Shown: piece by piece, positions 23,219 to 25,737 of the stretch
Layout of the letters: the number at the start of each line of letters is the position of its first letter
Position numbering within the stretch: position 1 is the first letter of the stretch
From: a virus
Lineage: Duplodnaviria > Caudoviricetes
Virus record (IMG/VR): IMGVR_UViG_3300011443_000049
Span: 1 to 25,737 of that record
Length of the DNA: 25,737 bases
Strand: one strand, 5' to 3'
Notes under the pieces: model-generated
What the model saw: only the letters and a program-made list of their open reading frames with translations
What the model was told of the DNA's origin: nothing
Database searches by the model: none
Translations under genes and position numbers: made by a program

Positions 23219-23505
23219 TCCGCCTCCCGGACGCGCTCGCGGAAGCGCTCCACGAACGAAAAGACGGGGCCACGCCCTGTTCCGCACAGCCCTGATTGCC
23301 TACGGGGTCGAGTTCCCTGCGCAACCGCGAGCGCCCTGTACTCCCGCGACCGGGCGCGGAAGTGAGCGAAGCCGTCGCCGAGCGCCTCCATCCAGGCGCT
23401 GACGAGGTAGCAGCAGACCTGGAAGCCGTCGCGGGAGATGCGGAGCGCGGCCCAGGCGAGAAGGCCGAGCGCGGAGAGGAAAAGGAGGCCTACGGCGGCG
23501 ATCAT
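23215..23505 (-). CDS. Membrane-anchored hypothetical protein (96 aa)
   Basis: ATGA overlaps; hydrophobic N-terminus. Confidence 0.55.
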   Translation of the reverse strand: MIAAVGLLFLSALGLLAWAALRISRDGFQVCCYLVSAWMEALGDGFAHFRARSREYRALAVAQGTRPRRQSGLCGTGRGPVFSFVERFRERVREAE

Positions 23506-23609
23506 TTGCGCCCCCAGGGCCAGCCGATTTCGCGCGCTACAAGGCAAATCACTACGACCACCCCACACAAACACGCCACCATCGCTGCTATCGCTTCAGG
23601 CCACGTCAT
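23502..23609 (-). CDS. Small membrane peptide (35 aa, MTWPEAIAAMVACLCGVVVVICLVAREIGWPWGRK)
   Basis: ATGA overlaps at both ends; GGAGG RBS. Confidence 0.55.
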   Translation of the reverse strand: MTWPEAIAAMVACLCGVVVVICLVAREIGWPWGRK

Positions 23610-23857
23610 CCGCGCCTCCCGCAGTGCTCGCACACGCCCGTCAGCCGAATGCTCCGCCTAGCGTTGTGCGTTCGATCAATCCAGCCTTTCGCTGCGAGCG
23701 CCGCGAGATGCGAATGCGCAGTTGCGAGCGACTTCATGCCGCAAGCATCGGCGATCTGCTGAAGAGACGGCGATATTCCGCGCCTCACCCGCTGGTAGAG
23801 CCGAATGTAGTCCAGCACCTGTTGTTGCCGTGCGGTCAATGGCAGAGCGCCGCTCAT
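23606..23857 (-). CDS. Stand-alone LexA-type DNA-binding domain with C-terminal CxxC (83 aa)
   Basis: LTARQQQVLDYI...SPSLQQIADACGMKSLATAHSHLAALAAKGWIDR...RSIRL; no peptidase S24 domain. Confidence 0.9.
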   Translation of the reverse strand: MSGALPLTARQQQVLDYIRLYQRVRRGISPSLQQIADACGMKSLATAHSHLAALAAKGWIDRTHNARRSIRLTGVCEHCGRRG

Positions 23858-24189
23858 GCCATCTTCCTCCACTTCAGCCAGTCAATGAACCGCTCGCCGC
23901 TATCAGCCCGCAGAAATTCGCGGTACCGCTTCTGTGCCCGCGTCAACTTCGGAGTGGGTGGACTCTCGCGGCGCACCGCGTCCTTTCCGGCTGGCGTCAC
24001 GGTGCAGTTGTAGTAAGGCAACGGTGATTGGTTCGGGGCGAACACTCGCATGTAGCCGAGAGCCACCAGCGACTCGCAGATCGGAACATCGTCACTGCCA
24101 GCGCAGAAGTGGTTGCGGTACATCTCACCCTGGCCGTACTGGTCGAGGCCGAGGGAGTGTTGAAGGACTTGGAGTTGTTCCTTGGTCAT
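23854..24189 (-). CDS. Conserved phage hypothetical protein (111 aa)
   Basis: LQHSLGLDQYGQGEMYRNHFCAG...LVALGYM...VTPAG...KLTRAQKRYREFL. Confidence 0.75.
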   Translation of the reverse strand: MTKEQLQVLQHSLGLDQYGQGEMYRNHFCAGSDDVPICESLVALGYMRVFAPNQSPLPYYNCTVTPAGKDAVRRESPPTPKLTRAQKRYREFLRADSGERFIDWLKWRKMA

Positions 24190-24296
24190 TCGTCGCCGTC
24201 CTCCTCATAGCCCCTGAATAGCGCCACCAGCACCCCCACCACCGCGATGCTGACGAACAGGCCGATGAGGCCCACGAGTACGTGGTCAGTGTTCAT
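24186..24296 (-). CDS. Small membrane peptide (36 aa)
   Basis: MNTDHVLVGLIGLFVSIAVVGVLVALFRG; ATGA overlaps; GGAGG RBS. Confidence 0.55.
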   Translation of the reverse strand: MNTDHVLVGLIGLFVSIAVVGVLVALFRGYEEDGDE

Positions 24297-24451
24297 TTCG
24301 CGGCCTCCGCTTTCGGAACCGGCGGTGTGCTGTACGCGCATCCGTCCGGCTTCCACATTTCGCCCGTGCGCCGCCAGACGCAGCCTGAGCGGTCGATGTA
24401 TCGCTGGCCAGTGCGCCACGCTTCGCGCTCAAGGCACGCGCCTACCCTCAT
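24293..24451 (-). CDS. Hypothetical protein (52 aa)
   Basis: GGAGG RBS; ATGA overlaps. Confidence 0.5.
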   Translation of the reverse strand: MRVGACLEREAWRTGQRYIDRSGCVWRRTGEMWKPDGCAYSTPPVPKAEAAK

Positions 24452-24537
24452 GCGGCACCTCCGCACGAAGCCGTGAACAGCAGCGCAAACAAGAGCGCCG
24501 CGACCAGCAGGGCAAAGCTCACGGGGTCCGGTTTCAA
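24448..24537 (-). CDS. Hydrophobic micro-ORF (29 aa, MKPDPVSFALLVAALLFALLFTASCGGAA)
   Basis: GGAGG RBS; TTGA and ATGA overlaps. Confidence 0.45.
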   Translation of the reverse strand: MKPDPVSFALLVAALLFALLFTASCGGAA

Positions 24538-25737
24538 CTGAGCACCTCCGCCCGAAGCGGTACCGGCTCGGCCCGCGCCATGAGGATCTGGATGCCCCGT
24601 GTTTTCGCAAACTCCGCGAGCTTCTTCAGTCGCTCATCGTCGAACTCGCCGCCGTGATCGCACAGCAGTAGAGGCAGGTCACCGGCCCCCTGTAGCCCGA
24701 TCTCCATCGCGACAACGATCTGCTCGGAATCGTTGACGTGTTCCCAGATCACGCCGTCAACCGCAACGTCCTTGCCGATCACATCGCCCTTGGCGTTGTA
24801 CAGGTCGCGGACATCGACGCCGGGTACCGGCAGAGTGGAAATCTTCTGCCCCTTCAGGTCCTCCAGCGCTTTGATCTGGCGCGAGAGTGCGTCAGCCTCT
24901 TTGTTCGCCGCCACCATCTTGTCGCCCCACTGATCCGCTGATTGCCGAAGGGTGGCTACCCGTACAGACTCCTCGACCTTCTGTCGGGCGGTTCCGAGAT
25001 CGAGCTTCAGGGCCGCGAGCGCCGCCTGATCTTCAGCAACGGAGGCATCGACCGCTTCACGGGCCTGCGTGTCGATCTCCGCGCACTCAGAGCGGAAGCG
25101 CTCGCGGACGGCCTCAATTTGGAGTTCCAACGATTCGATTTCCGCGTTGGCTGTGGCTCGCTTGTCGTCTTTCTGTCGAGCAGCCTCCCGGTCGGAATTG
25201 CCTTTCGCGGCGGCAATCCGGTCTCCGATCTTCCGGCCCTCGGCATCCAGCCGGGATACTTCTGCGGCCCAGTCCGTACCGTCATCCGCCGGCAGCGAGC
25301 GCTTGAGGTTGTCCCAGGTTCCCTCCGCATCCCGCGCGCGCCGGTTCGCATCGGTTCGCTGCTCACGCCGGCCGTCGATGATCTGGTTCAGCTTCTCTAG
25401 GTCGGCAACCGCCGCCGGTCCCATGATCGGGGAGCCGGCCGCTTCGTTGATCTCCGGCCCCGTGAAGCGAATCGGCATCACGTCCAGGAGCCACTTTACG
25501 CGATCCGCCGGTTTGGCGTAGCAGAAGGCGATGGGATCGAACCCAAAGGAACGTGCGAGCTTATCGACGTACTCCTTCGGGGCGCGGACCACCCCGCCCT
25601 CTGAGGTTTTCACCGTAAGGGTACTGCCCTTCCGGGTGGTCACTTTTTGAATCGTAGTGCCGTCGTCCAAACGGAGCAATCGGGAAGCCTGCTTGGCCTC
25701 CGGGACGCCGCCCGCCCCCTCCCACCCGCGGATAACA
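24534..25737 (-). CDS. SMC/SbcC-like coiled-coil ABC-type ATPase, 5' partial
   Basis: Long coiled coil; FDPIAF; C-terminal VNDSEQ (degenerate signature) and LLLCDHGGEFD (Walker B/D-loop-like); frame open to the window edge, Walker A not in the window. Confidence 0.75.
   Translation of the reverse strand, partial: VIRGWEGAGGVPEAKQASRLLRLDDGTTIQKVTTRKGSTLTVKTSEGGVVRAPKEYVDKLARSFGFDPIAFCYAKPADRVKWLLDVMPIRFTGPEINEAAGSPIMGPAAVADLEKLNQIIDGRREQRTDANRRARDAEGTWDNLKRSLPADDGTDWAAEVSRLDAEGRKIGDRIAAAKGNSDREAARQKDDKRATANAEIESLELQIEAVRERFRSECAEIDTQAREAVDASVAEDQAALAALKLDLGTARQKVEESVRVATLRQSADQWGDKMVAANKEADALSRQIKALEDLKGQKISTLPVPGVDVRDLYNAKGDVIGKDVAVDGVIWEHVNDSEQIVVAMEIGLQGAGDLPLLLCDHGGEFDDERLKKLAEFAKTRGIQILMARAEPVPLRAEVLS

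Larger units (their letters stand above)
1..25737. mobile_element. Tailed phage / prophage genome segment (replication, control and packaging modules)
   Basis: Terminase, portal, phage initiator + DnaB, VRR-NUC, DUF5131, several orphan MTases and many short overlapping ORFs; no host genes and no integrase seen in the window. Confidence 0.95.

Noticed and set aside
1-25737. GTTATC at the left end and its reverse complement at the right end as terminal inverted repeats
   Set aside because: Only 6 nt, and both ends fall inside open reading frames.

Overview
A ~63% GC segment of a tailed dsDNA phage or prophage with no host housekeeping genes. Nearly all genes lie on the minus strand in tightly overlapping (ATGA/GTGA-coupled) operons. 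Read right to left: an SMC/SbcC-like ATPase (partial), a stand-alone LexA-type DNA-binding domain, PAPS reductase, VRR-NUC nuclease, DUF5131/Gp37Gp68 protein, Dam-class methylase, replication initiator with iterons, an N4/N6 methylase, and DnaB with a LAGLIDADG intein. Next come a short plus-strand gene island and a control region with divergent promoters and a dif-like XerCD site. Then follow the packaging/virion genes: candidate TerS, TerL, portal, HNH and fibre-like proteins. Main observations: (1) the large terminase is split exactly between its ATPase and nuclease domains by a translationally coupled DNA methyltransferase, whose paralogue sits between the initiator and dnaB; (2) a dif-like site lies beside a strand-skew switch; (3) virion-module proteins carry Sec-type signal peptides; (4) a promoter drives a structured RNA with an anti-Shine-Dalgarno loop. 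Three apparent lesions (two frameshifts, one in-frame TAG) indicate sequencing error or early decay. All calls come from motif recognition by eye; no searches were run.
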